64,000 bases of DNA from an uncultured delta proteobacterium (GTDB taxonomy: Bacteria; Myxococcota_A; Polyangia; Polyangiales; B10-G4). The first letter of the stretch is position 1, and every line of letters begins with the position of its first letter. The stretch is taken from assembly GCA_963727445.1 (NCBI GenBank), contig CAVSGI010000008.1, positions 1 to 64,000 of the forward strand. The letters run 5' to 3'. Both the position numbers and the translations under genes were made by a program. The notes below the pieces were generated by a model. The model ran no database searches and had not been told where the DNA came from. It was given only the letters and a program-made list of their open reading frames with translations. This document shows, piece after piece, positions 47,090 to 59,498 of the stretch.

Positions 47090-47640
47090 CGAGCAACGCG
47101 AGCCCACACAAGGCAACGCGACGCCGGAGCGAAGCGACACCGAAGCGAGGCAACGCCTCGCGCAGGTGGCGCGCAGCGCAGGCGCCCCCGAGCGAGCAAC
47201 GCGAGCCCACACAAGGCAACGCGACGCCGGAGCGAAGCGACACCGAAGCGAGGCAACGCCTCGCGCAGGTGGCGCGCAGCGCAGGCGCCGCGGTGCCGGG
47301 ACTGCGCCCCCGAGCGAGCGAAGCGAGCACACACACAAGGCAACGCGACGCCGGAGCGAAGCGACACCGAAGCGAGGCAACGCCTCGCGCAGGTGGCGCG
47401 CAGCGCAGGCGCCCCCGAGCGAGCAACGCGAGCCCACACAAGGCAACGCGACGCCGGAGCGAAGCGACACCGAAGCGAGGCAACGCCTCGCGCAGGTGGC
47501 GCGCAGCGCAGGCGCCGCGGTGCCGGGACTGCGCCCCCGAGCGAGCGAAGCGAGCCCACACAAGGCAACGCGACGCCGGAGCGAAGCGACACCGAAGCGA
47601 GGCAACGCCTCGCGCAGGTGGCGCGCAGCGCAGGCGCCGC
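47088..47640. repeat. Intergenic tandem repeat: five copies of an ~82-bp core
   Basis: Core CACACAAGGCAACG...GCAGGCGCC starts at 47105, 47208, 47332, 47435, 47557 (periods 103/124/103/122); internal hairpin GCGAGGC-AAC-GCCTCGC. Confidence 0.9.
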
Positions 47641-47654
47641 CTGGACGACTGACC

Positions 47655-48890
47655 TCAATTAGGCGGCTGGGCGCTGGGGCTCGGCGGGTTCGAGAGCGCG
47701 GGCGGCCGAACGGCGCCCGGGTCACCGCTGGCTGGCGTCAGCGTCTCGGTGTGCCCGTCGGGGTAGATGGCGACGGCCCAGAACTCCTGGCCGTAGCCGC
47801 CACCCGGCACGCCGGCGTTCCAGTCGAGGTTGAGCCAGACGCCGCAATCCTCGCTCGAACGAAAGTGGATCTGCTCGATGCGCTGGCCGCCGTATTCCCG
47901 GGCCTCGCGATAGTGACGAGCCAGGCGATGGGCGGCGTCGCGGGCATCCGAGCGCACGCAGACCTCGGCGTAGGCGTGTCCGCCGGCGGGGCCGTCCATC
48001 ATCACGACCCGGGCGTCTCCGCCGATCGCGGTCGTCATCGACGCCAGCACGATGGCGAAATCGTCGCAGTCCCCTGCGAAGTCGTTCTCGATGGTCTCAC
48101 TGGCGCGCGCGAAGTACTCGCGCCCCAGCGGATCGTTCACGTAACGCCAATCGCTCCGCACCTTCGCCCAGATCCGCGCCACCTGCTCCACGCGAAACGG
48201 GCCTTCCTCGTCGGCGGCGATCCGCACGGCGGTGTTGCGCGTGATCGGGTCCTCGTAGTCGAGTGCTTCGACGACACGCGGCGCGGTGTGCACGCGGACG
48301 GACTCCTCCTGCCGACTGCGGCTGCGCGTGCCATCGCCCGACAGCCCCAGACGCTGGGCCGCCGTCCCGAATGCACCCGTGTCTTCGGTGACCGCCACGG
48401 CCCACGCCGCGACACCACCGATCGCCAACAGCGCCACCGCGACCGCCATCGCCACGCCGATGCGACCGCGCGCCCGTCCCACGTAGAGGCTCGAGCCGCA
48501 GCTCTTGCATCGAAGGACGCCGCGCGTGAACCCCTGCGGCAGCACGCCGCGCTCGCCGCAGGCGCCACAGATGAATCGCCGACCGGGGATGGTCATGCCG
48601 ACCACCGTGTCGCCGGCGCCCGCGCGCAGGAACGGCTTGAGCTGCGAGCTGCTCCAGCTCAGCGCCGCGTTGCCGAGACGCACGTCCTCTCCCGGACGGA
48701 TGGTGGCGTGGTCGATGCGCTTGCCGCGGACGAAGGTGCCGTTCGCGCTGCCCAGATCCTCCACTTCGATGCGGCCGCCCTGCCACTTGAGCCGCGCGTG
48801 CCGACCGGAAACCGAAGGGTCCGAGAGGACCACGTCACAGTCTCGGCTGCGCCCGATGACGATGTAGGGGCTTTCGGCCACGGAGATCAC
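47655..48890 (-). CDS. FHA + Zn-ribbon + TM + transglutaminase-like protein
   Basis: FHA (IGRS..SGRHA..GSANGT), CGACG..CKSCG, one TM helix, GDCDDFA...HAY...LNLD Cys-His-Asp triad; start uncertain (GTG 48890 or 48881). Confidence 0.75.
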   Translation of the reverse strand: MISVAESPYIVIGRSRDCDVVLSDPSVSGRHARLKWQGGRIEVEDLGSANGTFVRGKRIDHATIRPGEDVRLGNAALSWSSSQLKPFLRAGAGDTVVGMTIPGRRFICGACGERGVLPQGFTRGVLRCKSCGSSLYVGRARGRIGVAMAVAVALLAIGGVAAWAVAVTEDTGAFGTAAQRLGLSGDGTRSRSRQEESVRVHTAPRVVEALDYEDPITRNTAVRIAADEEGPFRVEQVARIWAKVRSDWRYVNDPLGREYFARASETIENDFAGDCDDFAIVLASMTTAIGGDARVVMMDGPAGGHAYAEVCVRSDARDAAHRLARHYREAREYGGQRIEQIHFRSSEDCGVWLNLDWNAGVPGGGYGQEFWAVAIYPDGHTETLTPASGDPGAVRPPALSNPPSPSAQPPN

Positions 48891-48963
48891 GTCAGTGTAG
48901 TACGAGAGAGGGCTCGAGCGCCCGTGCCCTTCGACCCCCACCGCCGCCCCGCGATTGGGTGCT

Positions 48964-50250
48964 TCAGCGCGGCGCGCTGCTTTGAGCGGCCAGGATGCGG
49001 AGCACGTTCTCGCCGAAGATCGGGCGGATGGGCAGGCCGCGGCGCTCGAGCTCTGCGCGGAGCGCGCCGAGATCGCCCACATCCTCCATCCCCACCGGGA
49101 GCTCGGAGATCCCGTCGAAATCCGAGCCCAGACACGCCGCCGTGGGCCCGCCGAGCTCCACCACCTTCTGGAAATGAGCGCCGAGCGTTCGCAGATCCGG
49201 CGGATCGATGTCCGGATCCAACTCCAGAGCCAGGGCGAGCTGGGCCGCCCCGCGGTCCATGTATCGCTCGTGCTCTTCCTCGATCGCGGCGAAGCGATCG
49301 TGATGCGCGCGCTCGAGGGCGCGGCGGCGGTTGCGGTAGGCAACGTCGATGAACTGCGAGAAGTAGTTGAGGCAGATGGCCCCGCCGCCCTCCGCGACGC
49401 GCCGGATCATGTCGTCGGTCATGTTCCGCGGGTGATCCGAGAGCGAACGGACCGAAGAGTGAGAGGCGAAGACGGGCTTCTGTGCCACGTCCATGATGTC
49501 CCAGAAGGTCTGATCGCTGATGTGGGAGACGTCGACGATCATGCCGAGCCGGTTCATCTCGCGAATCGCGCGCCGACCGAGAGGCGTGAGACCCTCTTCT
49601 GGCGCATCGCCCGACGACGAGTGGCCCAGGGGGTTGTCGTTGGACCAGGTGATCGTCATGTAGCGCACGCCGCGCTCGTAGAAGGTGCGGATCCGCGACA
49701 GGGCCAGCTCGGGGTCGTCGGTGCCGAGCGCGTGCGCGCCCTCCACGCCCATCAGGAGCGCGGCCTTTCCTTCGCGGGCGGCGGTGCGCACGTCATCGGC
49801 CGTGCGGCAGATCATCGCCTGGTCGGGATGGTCGTGCGCGAGCTTCTCCACGGCGCCGATCAGCGCGAGGGCCCGCTCCCAGGCGGCCTCCCCCTCGAAG
49901 CGGCGCGGGTTGACCCAGATGCTGAAGAAGGCGCCGGTGAGCCCACCCTCGCGCATCCGCGGAATGTCCACGTGACCGCCCTGCACCCGCTCGGCGATGT
50001 CGTCCGAGTCGTCGAGCATGCGCTGCGTGGTGTCGATGTGCGTATCGATGGCGATGATCGGCTCCGTCTCCGCCGCCGGCCCCGGCGCGGTCTCCGTCGC
50101 CGCTTCGGTCTCGGTCTCCGCCTCTGTCTCAGCTTCCGCCCCCGTCGTCACCGCTGGCTCGGAGGGATGCGTCGCTTCCTCCTCGTCGTCGCCGCATCCG
50201 GCGGCGAGGCTCGACAACAGGACGACGGCGAAGGCCAGGCGGGTCATCAC
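48964..50250 (-). CDS. M19 membrane dipeptidase lipoprotein
   Basis: Lipobox AAGC, IDTHID, GVEG, VDVSH, ASHS, RNMTD, GSDFDG. Confidence 0.88.
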   Translation of the reverse strand: MMTRLAFAVVLLSSLAAGCGDDEEEATHPSEPAVTTGAEAETEAETETEAATETAPGPAAETEPIIAIDTHIDTTQRMLDDSDDIAERVQGGHVDIPRMREGGLTGAFFSIWVNPRRFEGEAAWERALALIGAVEKLAHDHPDQAMICRTADDVRTAAREGKAALLMGVEGAHALGTDDPELALSRIRTFYERGVRYMTITWSNDNPLGHSSSGDAPEEGLTPLGRRAIREMNRLGMIVDVSHISDQTFWDIMDVAQKPVFASHSSVRSLSDHPRNMTDDMIRRVAEGGGAICLNYFSQFIDVAYRNRRRALERAHHDRFAAIEEEHERYMDRGAAQLALALELDPDIDPPDLRTLGAHFQKVVELGGPTAACLGSDFDGISELPVGMEDVGDLGALRAELERRGLPIRPIFGENVLRILAAQSSAPR

Positions 50251-50259
50251 CCAGACTGT

Positions 50260-51369
50260 CTACGCGGTGGCGGCGCCTTTCGCCAGGGCCGCGGGCGTCT
50301 CGCCTCGTGAAGGACGAATGACCCCGCGCTCGGTGTAGATCGCTTTGACCAGGCGCGCGGGGGTGACGTCGAAGGCAGGATGCCGGCAGACAATTCCGTC
50401 AGCGACGAGCATCGTGTCACCCAGACGGGCGACTTCGTCGCGTCCCCGCTCCTCGATGGGGATGTCGGCGCCGGACGCGGTGCGGAGATCGACGGTGCTG
50501 AAGGGCGCCGCCACCGTGAAGGGAACACCGTGCACGTCGGCCAGCACCGCGACCCCGTAGGTGCCGATCTTGTTCGCGACGTCGCCGTTCGCTGCAATCC
50601 GATCCGAGCCCACGACCGCGAAGTCGATCTCCCCACGCCCGAAGAAGTACGCGGCCATCGAGTCGGTGATCACCTCGACGGGGACGCCGTCCTGGGCGAG
50701 CTCCCAGGCGGTGAGGCGAGCGCCTTGCAGATAGGGTCGCGTCTCGTCAGCGAGCACGGTCTTCACTTTGCCGGCTGCGTGAGCCGCGCGGATCACCCCG
50801 AGCGCCGTGCCGAACCCCCCGGTCGCGAGCCCGCCGGTGTTGCAGTGGGTGAGGATGGTCGCGCCTTCGGGCACGTCCTCGGCGCCGAGGCGCCCCATCT
50901 CGTGGCACGCCGCCACGTCCTCGCGGTGGATCGCCTCGGCCTCGCCAATCATCGCCTGCGTGCGCTCGTCGGGGTGGAGCGAGGCGACGTCGGCAGCACG
51001 TCGCGACATGCGGGCGATGGCCCACGCCAGGTTCACGGCCGTCGGACGCGTCGCGTTCAAGATGCGCCCGGCGACCCCGTTGGCCAGCAAGAACGCCTTC
51101 GCGTCGCCGCGCTCGAGGCCGGCTTGGAGGGCCAGCGCGTAGGCCGCGCTGATGCCGATCGCGGGCGCGCCGCGCACCACCATCGCGCGGATCGCCTCGG
51201 CAATCTCGTCGGGCTTGGTGAAGCGGTGGTAGTGGACCTCCGCCGGCAGGCGCAGCTGATCCAGCATCCAGACTGCGCGCTGCTCCGGATCGAGCTCGAC
51301 GGCGGACCAGGAGGCGCCGCTGAGCGGTGCGCGTGGCAGCGAGCTCAGGGACACATGCCCAGGAAGCAA
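50260..51369 (-). CDS. mtnA: Methylthioribose-1-phosphate isomerase
   Basis: [60 protein letters not shown]; true start may lie a few codons in. Confidence 0.93.
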   Translation of the reverse strand: MLPGHVSLSSLPRAPLSGASWSAVELDPEQRAVWMLDQLRLPAEVHYHRFTKPDEIAEAIRAMVVRGAPAIGISAAYALALQAGLERGDAKAFLLANGVAGRILNATRPTAVNLAWAIARMSRRAADVASLHPDERTQAMIGEAEAIHREDVAACHEMGRLGAEDVPEGATILTHCNTGGLATGGFGTALGVIRAAHAAGKVKTVLADETRPYLQGARLTAWELAQDGVPVEVITDSMAAYFFGRGEIDFAVVGSDRIAANGDVANKIGTYGVAVLADVHGVPFTVAAPFSTVDLRTASGADIPIEERGRDEVARLGDTMLVADGIVCRHPAFDVTPARLVKAIYTERGVIRPSRGETPAALAKGAATA

Positions 51370-52376
51370 GGAACGGTGAAGGGGAAGTCCGGGCAGGGCG
51401 AGCTGCTACCACAGCGACACCCTCCACCCACACAGCTGTCGGCGTTACTGCCGCAGTCGTTTCCGCATCCACCGCAGTTGTCGACGTTGGTGGTGACGTC
51501 GATGCAGAGGCCGGAGCAACAGAGCTCACCCGCGCCGCAGACGTTTCCGCAGGCGCCGCAGTTCGTTGGGGAGTCCACGGTCGTGCAAGTACCGGAACAA
51601 CACCGCTGGCTCCCGGTACACGACGGCCCGCTGCCGCACTTGCAGACGCCCATGTCGCAGACCTCACCCGCCGCGCAGGGATCGGGGCAGGGAATCGTGC
51701 TGGTGCACGATCCGTCGATGCACATCTCGCCCGTGGGGCAGACGGCGCCGCAGCTCCCGCAGTTCATCGCGTCGGTGAGGACGTCGATGCACATGTCGCC
51801 GCAGCAACCCCGCCCGCCGCCGCAGGCCGGCGCCGAGCCGCAGCGGCACGCGCCGTCGATACACATCTCTCCCGGGGCACACGGCGCCGGGCAGGGCGGC
51901 GCCACGCAGTCTCCGTCGACGCACATCGCGCCCGAGGAACAACGGTTGCCGCAAGAGCCGCAGTTGTCGACGTTATCGGAGAGATTGACGCACGCAGCGC
52001 CGCAACACGTCTCACCCGTCGCACAGGCATCGCCGCTGCCGCACTTGCACACGCCGCTCGCACACATGTTTCCGCCGGGCGCACACGCGTTGCCGCAACT
52101 GCCGCACTCGAAGGGATCGAGATCGGTGTTGACGCACGCCCCTTCGCAGCACGTCCCGGTGGAACAGTTTCCGTCCGGTGGACACGCGGGTCGACAGCGG
52201 CCGAGGCGACAGACCTGCGATGGTCCGCAGGCGGGAGTGCAATCACCGCCGCCGCCCGTATCGGGCCGCACCGTCGAATCGACGACGGGCGTGCCCGAGT
52301 CCTCCGTGTTCGTGCCTTGCGCGCACCCCACGGACGACACCACCAAAACCAGAAGCGCCAAAATGCGCGTTACCAT
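51345..52376 (-). CDS. Cys-rich repeat lipoprotein (myxobacterial, Stig1/MXAN_6577-like repeats)
   Basis: Signal peptide with lipobox SVGC; five D..NCG.CG..C-type repeats. Confidence 0.8.
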   Translation of the reverse strand: MVTRILALLVLVVSSVGCAQGTNTEDSGTPVVDSTVRPDTGGGGDCTPACGPSQVCRLGRCRPACPPDGNCSTGTCCEGACVNTDLDPFECGSCGNACAPGGNMCASGVCKCGSGDACATGETCCGAACVNLSDNVDNCGSCGNRCSSGAMCVDGDCVAPPCPAPCAPGEMCIDGACRCGSAPACGGGRGCCGDMCIDVLTDAMNCGSCGAVCPTGEMCIDGSCTSTIPCPDPCAAGEVCDMGVCKCGSGPSCTGSQRCCSGTCTTVDSPTNCGACGNVCGAGELCCSGLCIDVTTNVDNCGGCGNDCGSNADSCVGGGCRCGSSSPCPDFPFTVPCFLGMCP

Positions 52377-52496
52377 CCCACCACCAAGATCGGCCAATCG
52401 ACTACCTCGAGCCCCGTCTTGCACACTATCCGCGTTTGCCCTCGGGAACAAACCAGTGCAGCATCCAAAGGTTGTTTGGCTCACAGAGAGACCCGT

Positions 52497-52526
52497 TTGA
52501 CGACATCCGCTGAGCAGGCGTAGAGT
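52497..52526 (+). promoter_or_regulatory. Sigma-70-like promoter of the hybrid kinase
   Basis: TTGACG-18-TAGAGT upstream of ATG 52551. Confidence 0.45.
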
Positions 52527-52550
52527 TTTCGATCCAGACGGACGTTTCCG

Positions 52551-53965
52551 ATGCTACCAGACCAGCTCGAGTGGCTCGCCAAGATGGCGGGCTTCGCTTT
52601 CGTCCAGGTCGACGACGACGGCGCGTTGCGATCGAACGACCTCGGACAACAGATGCTGGGTCAAGCGACCTCCTTCGAGGACGCCATCGCGCGGGTGACC
52701 CGTGTCAACGGGGGGATCCCGGGCTCGTCGCGCTCCTCGGTGCCGTCCAGGCCGAGGGCCGCGGCAGTCGTGACCTGGGCCAATTCCGGGTGATCGCGGT
52801 GCGCAACGGCAAGACCCGAAGCGCGCTCTTCGTGCCACAAGCCCTCGAGGTCGCCTCCGATCTGCATCGCCGCGCCGCCGCCACCGATCTTTCGGCCGCG
52901 GTCTCGCACGAGCTGTCGAACGTCCTCGGGGCCATCCTCGGATGGGCCACCCTCGCCCGTCGCGGCGAGGTGGACGCGCGTGCGGATCGTGCGCTCTCGC
53001 TCATCGAGAAGAGCGCGCGCAGCGCGCACTCGACGGCGCGCCATCTCTTGGAGACGGCCCGCGGGCGGACGGTGGTCTCGAATCACTCCGTCGACGCCAG
53101 CGGCCTCGTCGCCGAGGTGGCCGAGGTGCTCAGCACGAAGGCGGAGCAGGCGGGGGTCACTCTCTCCGTTTCGCTGCAAGAAGGGCTGGAGCTGCCCGGC
53201 AATCGCGCTGATCTCTTCACCATCTCCTGGAATCTCATCCAGAACGCGATCGAAGCGACGCCCGCTGGTGGGACGGTGAAGGTTCGCCTGGGCAGCTCGC
53301 GCAACGGCTACGTCCGCTTCGAGGTCGAGGACGAAGGCTCGGGGATCCCGGAAGAGATCCGTCACCGTGTCTTCGAGCCCTACTTCACGACGAAGTCGGA
53401 CGGCACCGGGCTCGGCCTGTCACTCGTGCGCCGCGCGGCGGACGCCCTCGGTGGAAGCGTGATGCTCGAGAGTCGCGCAGGAGGCGCGCACTTCGTCTGC
53501 CGCTTCCCCAAGGAGGTGGGGGCGACGACGAAGCCCGCGCCGATCGGCCCGCGCCAGAGCGGCGTGCGCGAGAAGGCGAGCCCCCGGGGCAAACGCATCC
53601 TGGTCGTGGACGACGACGAGGCCATGCGGGATCTGTTGGCCACGACCCTCAGTCTGGCCGGCGCGGACGTCGAGACCGCTTCGAGCGGTGCCGAGGCGCG
53701 CCAGGCCGAAGGCTACTTCGACCTGGTCCTCATCGACCTCGGCCTGGGGGACATGCGGGGGGACCAGGTCCTCGCCGAGCTCCGCGACCGGGGCCAGGCG
53801 GGCGCCACTGCGCTCGTCTCGGGCGCCACCCTCCCCCCCAGCCTCGCCAGCGTGCCCGACAGCTGGCTACGCAAGCCTTTCGAGATCGACGACCTGATCA
53901 GCGCGGTGGAGACCCTCCTCGGCCGGAGCGGGGGCCAGGACGGCTCCAAGGCCGAGTCCGGCTGA
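52551..53965 (+). CDS. Hybrid histidine kinase / receiver (apparent frameshift at the G-run 52710-52715)
   Basis: H-box SHELSN, NLIQNA, DEGSGI, FEPYFTTK..GTGLGL; receiver ILVVDDD..LID..KPF; N-terminal 55 aa in another frame. Confidence 0.85.
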
Positions 53966-53995
53966 GACGGCAAACCTGCTAGTCTCTGCCCGTCG

Positions 53996-55411
<1,416 letters not shown>

Positions 55412-55434
55412 GCGCGTGGTTGGCCTCGTGTTGG

Positions 55435-55569
55435 CGTCAATATCTTCACGGTAGGCGAGGCGCTGCGCAGATCCGCCCCGCGGCGCGATGCCACGCTCGT
55501 GGCCAAGCACGCGAAAAGACTGATCTCGAGGGCGTGGTCGATGGCGTCCACCCGGGTACGCGCCTTGCA
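55435..55569 (+). promoter_or_regulatory. Sigma-54 promoter plus candidate upstream enhancer
   Basis: GGGTACGCGCCTTGCA at 55554-55569 (GG-N10-GC); near-palindrome CGTCAA-TATC-TTCACG at 55435-55450. Confidence 0.6.
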
Positions 55570-55682
55570 CCGAATGGCGCGGGGCGCTGGTGACCAAAGG
55601 GAAGGCAATTGGGCGGGTTGAACGCCCCGAGGGTGCGCCCTACGGTGACTCGGCGCCCTTCTTCGCGCCTCAAAAGCCTTCG

Positions 55683-58600
55683 ATGCAGCCACAGATCAGT
55701 CCTCAAAAGACCTGCGTGGGCCGAGAGCTCGAGCTGAGCCGACTCTCGGAGCTCTACCGTGCCGCCAGCGAAGAAGGAGAGCGCCTCGCGCTCCTCCTGG
55801 GGCCCGCCGGCATCGGCAAATCGGCCATCCTCGCGGAGTTCCGCGGCCGGGTGCGCCTCGCTGGTGGGGTGGTGCTCGAGGGCCGCTGCGAGCCGGGACG
55901 TCCCTTCGGGCCTTTCGCCGAGATCGTGGAGCGCGCCCTGCGTTTCCTCTCCGAGGTGGGACGGGAGCCGACCACCGATCTCGCCGACCTGGCCTGTCAG
56001 GGCCAATGTCATCGCCTCTGGTATCAGCACACCGGCCACTCCATGCGCGAGGCGGTCGACTCGATCTCGGTCGGCGACTCGACCTTCCTGCCGCACGTGC
56101 GGGACGTGGCGGTCATCGAAAAGCGCCTGCGCTTCTTCGATGCGCTGCGCGGGCTGCTCCGCGACGTCGCCTCGGTTCGCGCCCCGGTGGTGATGCTCCA
56201 CGACCTGGAGCGCGCCGACCACGGCACCACTCAGCTGCTCAGCTTCCTCCTCGACAGCTCCGGACCGTGGGGACACGGCGTCGCCCCCGAGCGTCAGCTC
56301 CGCGCCCTCTTCGTCGCGAGCGTGCGTTCCGACGCCGACCGTCCGCTCGACGGCCTGGCGCCGATTGGGGGTCACGCGGCGACCGAGTCCATCGAGGTGG
56401 GCAAGCTCGATGTCGAAGGCGTGCGCGCGTACCTGCAGTCGCCGACCACCGTCGCGCACGTGCTCGAGCGCACCGGCGGCAGCCCAGAGGCGATCGACCT
56501 CTTGCTGGACGGCGACCCCCTCACCCCCAAGAGTCGCGTCGAACGCCGGATGGAGAGCTTCAGCCCCTCAGCGCGCGCGCTGGTCGAAGCCCTGGCCGTG
56601 CTCGAGCGGCCCACCGATCTCGAGACACTCGCCCGCATCGCCGATCAGACCCCGGGTCGCGACATCCGACGGGAGGTCGACGGCTCGACTCTGGTGGTTC
56701 AGTCGATCGTCGACGGGGCCATCCTCTTCTCCTTCGCCCGCGAAGCGGATCGCGAGCAGGCCTATGCGATGCTCTCCGAGGAGCGCCGCCGAACGCTTCA
56801 CGGCCGCTGCGTGGACGCGCACGCGGCCCGCGCCGGTCACGAGGAGGAGGCGGCCAAGCACGCGCTCCTCGCCGGCGACCTCGAGCGGGTCGTGCCCCTC
56901 GCCCTCGGCGCCGCGCGCTCGCTCTCCGCGAGCCACGCTCAGGGTGAAGCCGCCGCGCTCCTCGAGCGCGTCTGCGAGAGCTTCGACGACGCGCCGATGG
57001 AGCTGCGCGAGCAGCTGGCCGAGCTCTACCGCGCCGCCGGCGACTACAAGCGAGGCCTTGTTCACGCCCAGGCGGTGCGACACATCGCGCCCGAGAGCGC
57101 ACGCGCGACGCGGCGCGTGGGAGAGCTCCTGACCCTCGCAGGCCGCCTGGACGACGCGGCGGAGATGCTCGAAGGCGCGCGCCGCCTGGCCGCCGCCTCG
57201 GAGGATCCCGCGGCGGTGACCGAAGTGGAGGCGCTCCTCGCGGAGCTCCACTACCAGCGCGCGAGCTACGTCGAAGCGCGCGAGTGGGCCGAAAAGGCGC
57301 TCGCGGGTGCGCTGGCCCACGACGAGCTGATGTTGGTGCTGAGCGCCCGCAACACCCTGGGGAAGCTCGCGCTGGTGCAGCGCGACGCCACCACCGCGGT
57401 GACGCTCTTCGAGGAGAGCCAGATGCTCGCGGCGGACGCGGGCCTCGGACACCTCGAAGCGCAGGCGCTCACCAACCTCGGTGTCGCCCGGCTTCGTCGT
57501 CAGGAGCTGACGCTGGCCGAGGAGGCCTTCGAGTCGGCGATCGAGGTGGCGGAGCGCGTCAGCGACACCCGCGACCGCGCCATCGCTACGGAGAACCTCG
57601 CGGTGCTCGCGCACCTGCGTCGCGACTACGCGCGAGCGCAGAGTCACTACCACGAGGCGGTCTCGCTGCTGAAGCGCCTGGGCAACCGCGCGATGCTCGC
57701 GCGCGTCGCCATCAACCTCGGCGAGCTCTACCTCTCGCTCGGCGAGCTCTCGCGCGCCCGCACCCTGTGCGACTTCTCGACGCACGTCGGCGGCGGCGGC
57801 CTGCCCCCCTCGGTCCGTGGTGAGGGGTTGATCCTCCGCGGCCGTATCGACGCGGCGAGCGGCTACCAAGCCGACGCGCGGGCCTCTTTCGAGGCGGCCC
57901 TGGAGACCTACCGGCGCCTCGGCGAGGCGCGCGTGACCGACGCGGTGATCGAGCTCTGCCGCGTGTCCCTCGAGGACGGAGACGTGGTGACCGCCCGCGC
58001 CCGGCTCACCGAGCTGCCCGTGCAGGAGTCGCCGAAGAAGGCGGCCGAGGTCGCGCTCCTGGCGGTCGAGGTGGAGCGCGCAGCGGGCGGAGACACGCTG
58101 TCCGCCGCGCGGCGCGCCCTCGAGCTCGCCGAAGAGGCGGGCGACGACGAGCTCCTGCTGCCGGCGCTGACGCGCCTGGCACGCGCGCTCCACGACGCCC
58201 GCGACCTCAACGAAGCGTCGCGCGCCATCGAGCGTGCGGAGCAGGTGGACGAGCGGCTCTCCGAGCGCGTCCCCGAGGAGGCGCTTCACGGCTGGCAGAC
58301 GCGCGCTGCCCGCGGCGAGCTCACGGAGGTGCAGGCGCTCGTCGCCCACGCTTGGAACACCACGCGCGACTCGTCGCCGCCGAGCGCACGTCGCGCGCGC
58401 ATCTCGAGCACGCCTCCCGCGCGCAAGCTCGATCGCCAGCGCGCGATGTGGGCGGAGCGCTACCCGAACCTGGTGGGTGGGTCCTCCTCGCTCACCGCGA
58501 TCCTCGCGATGCTCGACAAGGTCGCGCCCACCGACGCGCTGGTCCTGGTGCGCGGTGAGAGCGGCACCGGCAAGGAGCTGATCGCGGAGGCGCTGCACAA

Positions 58601-59498
58601 CAACTCACCGCGCGCCGACAAGCCGCTGGTCAAGGTCAACTGCGCGGCGCTCGTCGAGACCCTGCTCTTGAGCGAGCTCTTCGGACACGAGCGTGGCGCC
58701 TTCACCGGGGCCAACGCGCGCAAGAAGGGCCGCTTCGAGCTGGCGGATGGCGGAACGATCTTCCTCGACGAGATTGGAGACATCTCGCCCAAGACCCAGG
58801 TGGCGCTCCTGCGCGTGCTGCAGGAGCGCGAGTTCGAGCGCGTGGGCGGCACGCAGAAGATCCACGTCGACGTCCGGATCATCGCCGCCACCCACCGCGA
58901 CCTCGAGTCGATGGTGAAGGAAGGGACCTTCCGGGAGGACCTCTACTACCGCCTGCGCGGCGTGATGCTGGAGATGCCCCCCCTCCGAAAGCGGATGGAC
59001 GATCTGCCCGCCCTGGCCGAGGCCCTGCTCCGGCGGATCGCCGAAGAGCGCGGCGACACCCAGAAAGTGCTGAGCCGCGAGGCCCAGCGGCTCCTTTCGG
59101 CCCACAATTGGCCAGGGAACGTCCGAGAGCTGGAGAACGTACTCCGTAGTGCGACCCTGTTTGCGGACACCCCCTTGCTTTCTCCCGAAGATTTCGCAGC
59201 TTTTGCAGGAATGTTCGCCATTTCCGACCCCGAGCCTCAGACCGCAGTGAATGCCGAGCCCCTCGCCGACGTTGCGTCTTCGACGATCTTCGAGGACCTG
59301 GTGTACGATCGCGTCCGCGGTGGCGACCATTCGCTTCTGGAGCTGAAGAAGGTCATCGAGCGTGAGTGCATCGTGAGAGCGCTGGAAGAAACAGAAGGAA
59401 ACATCACCCGTGCAGCCAAGCTGCTCGGCATGAAGCGACCCCGTCTCTCACAGCTCGTGAAGCAGTACGGTCTGAATTCCAACCAAGGTGAGGCGTGA
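55683..59498 (+). CDS. STAND-like AAA ATPase + TPR array + sigma-54 activator + Fis HTH
   Basis: VGRELEL..GPAGIGKS, HDLERAD, TGGSP; helical TPR-like repeats; GESGTGKE, GAFTGA, DLYYRL, WPGNVRELEN, GNITRAAKLLG; start 55683 or 55590. Confidence 0.88.
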   Translation: MQPQISPQKTCVGRELELSRLSELYRAASEEGERLALLLGPAGIGKSAILAEFRGRVRLAGGVVLEGRCEPGRPFGPFAEIVERALRFLSEVGREPTTDLADLACQGQCHRLWYQHTGHSMREAVDSISVGDSTFLPHVRDVAVIEKRLRFFDALRGLLRDVASVRAPVVMLHDLERADHGTTQLLSFLLDSSGPWGHGVAPERQLRALFVASVRSDADRPLDGLAPIGGHAATESIEVGKLDVEGVRAYLQSPTTVAHVLERTGGSPEAIDLLLDGDPLTPKSRVERRMESFSPSARALVEALAVLERPTDLETLARIADQTPGRDIRREVDGSTLVVQSIVDGAILFSFAREADREQAYAMLSEERRRTLHGRCVDAHAARAGHEEEAAKHALLAGDLERVVPLALGAARSLSASHAQGEAAALLERVCESFDDAPMELREQLAELYRAAGDYKRGLVHAQAVRHIAPESARATRRVGELLTLAGRLDDAAEMLEGARRLAAASEDPAAVTEVEALLAELHYQRASYVEAREWAEKALAGALAHDELMLVLSARNTLGKLALVQRDATTAVTLFEESQMLAADAGLGHLEAQALTNLGVARLRRQELTLAEEAFESAIEVAERVSDTRDRAIATENLAVLAHLRRDYARAQSHYHEAVSLLKRLGNRAMLARVAINLGELYLSLGELSRARTLCDFSTHVGGGGLPPSVRGEGLILRGRIDAASGYQADARASFEAALETYRRLGEARVTDAVIELCRVSLEDGDVVTARARLTELPVQESPKKAAEVALLAVEVERAAGGDTLSAARRALELAEEAGDDELLLPALTRLARALHDARDLNEASRAIERAEQVDERLSERVPEEALHGWQTRAARGELTEVQALVAHAWNTTRDSSPPSARRARISSTPPARKLDRQRAMWAERYPNLVGGSSSLTAILAMLDKVAPTDALVLVRGESGTGKELIAEALHNNSPRADKPLVKVNCAALVETLLLSELFGHERGAFTGANARKKGRFELADGGTIFLDEIGDISPKTQVALLRVLQEREFERVGGTQKIHVDVRIIAATHRDLESMVKEGTFREDLYYRLRGVMLEMPPLRKRMDDLPALAEALLRRIAEERGDTQKVLSREAQRLLSAHNWPGNVRELENVLRSATLFADTPLLSPEDFAAFAGMFAISDPEPQTAVNAEPLADVASSTIFEDLVYDRVRGGDHSLLELKKVIERECIVRALEETEGNITRAAKLLGMKRPRLSQLVKQYGLNSNQGEA

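Noticed and set aside
47088..47640. Possible CRISPR array
   Set aside because: The repeat (~82 bp) is too long, the spacers are short and recur rather than being unique, and no cas genes are present
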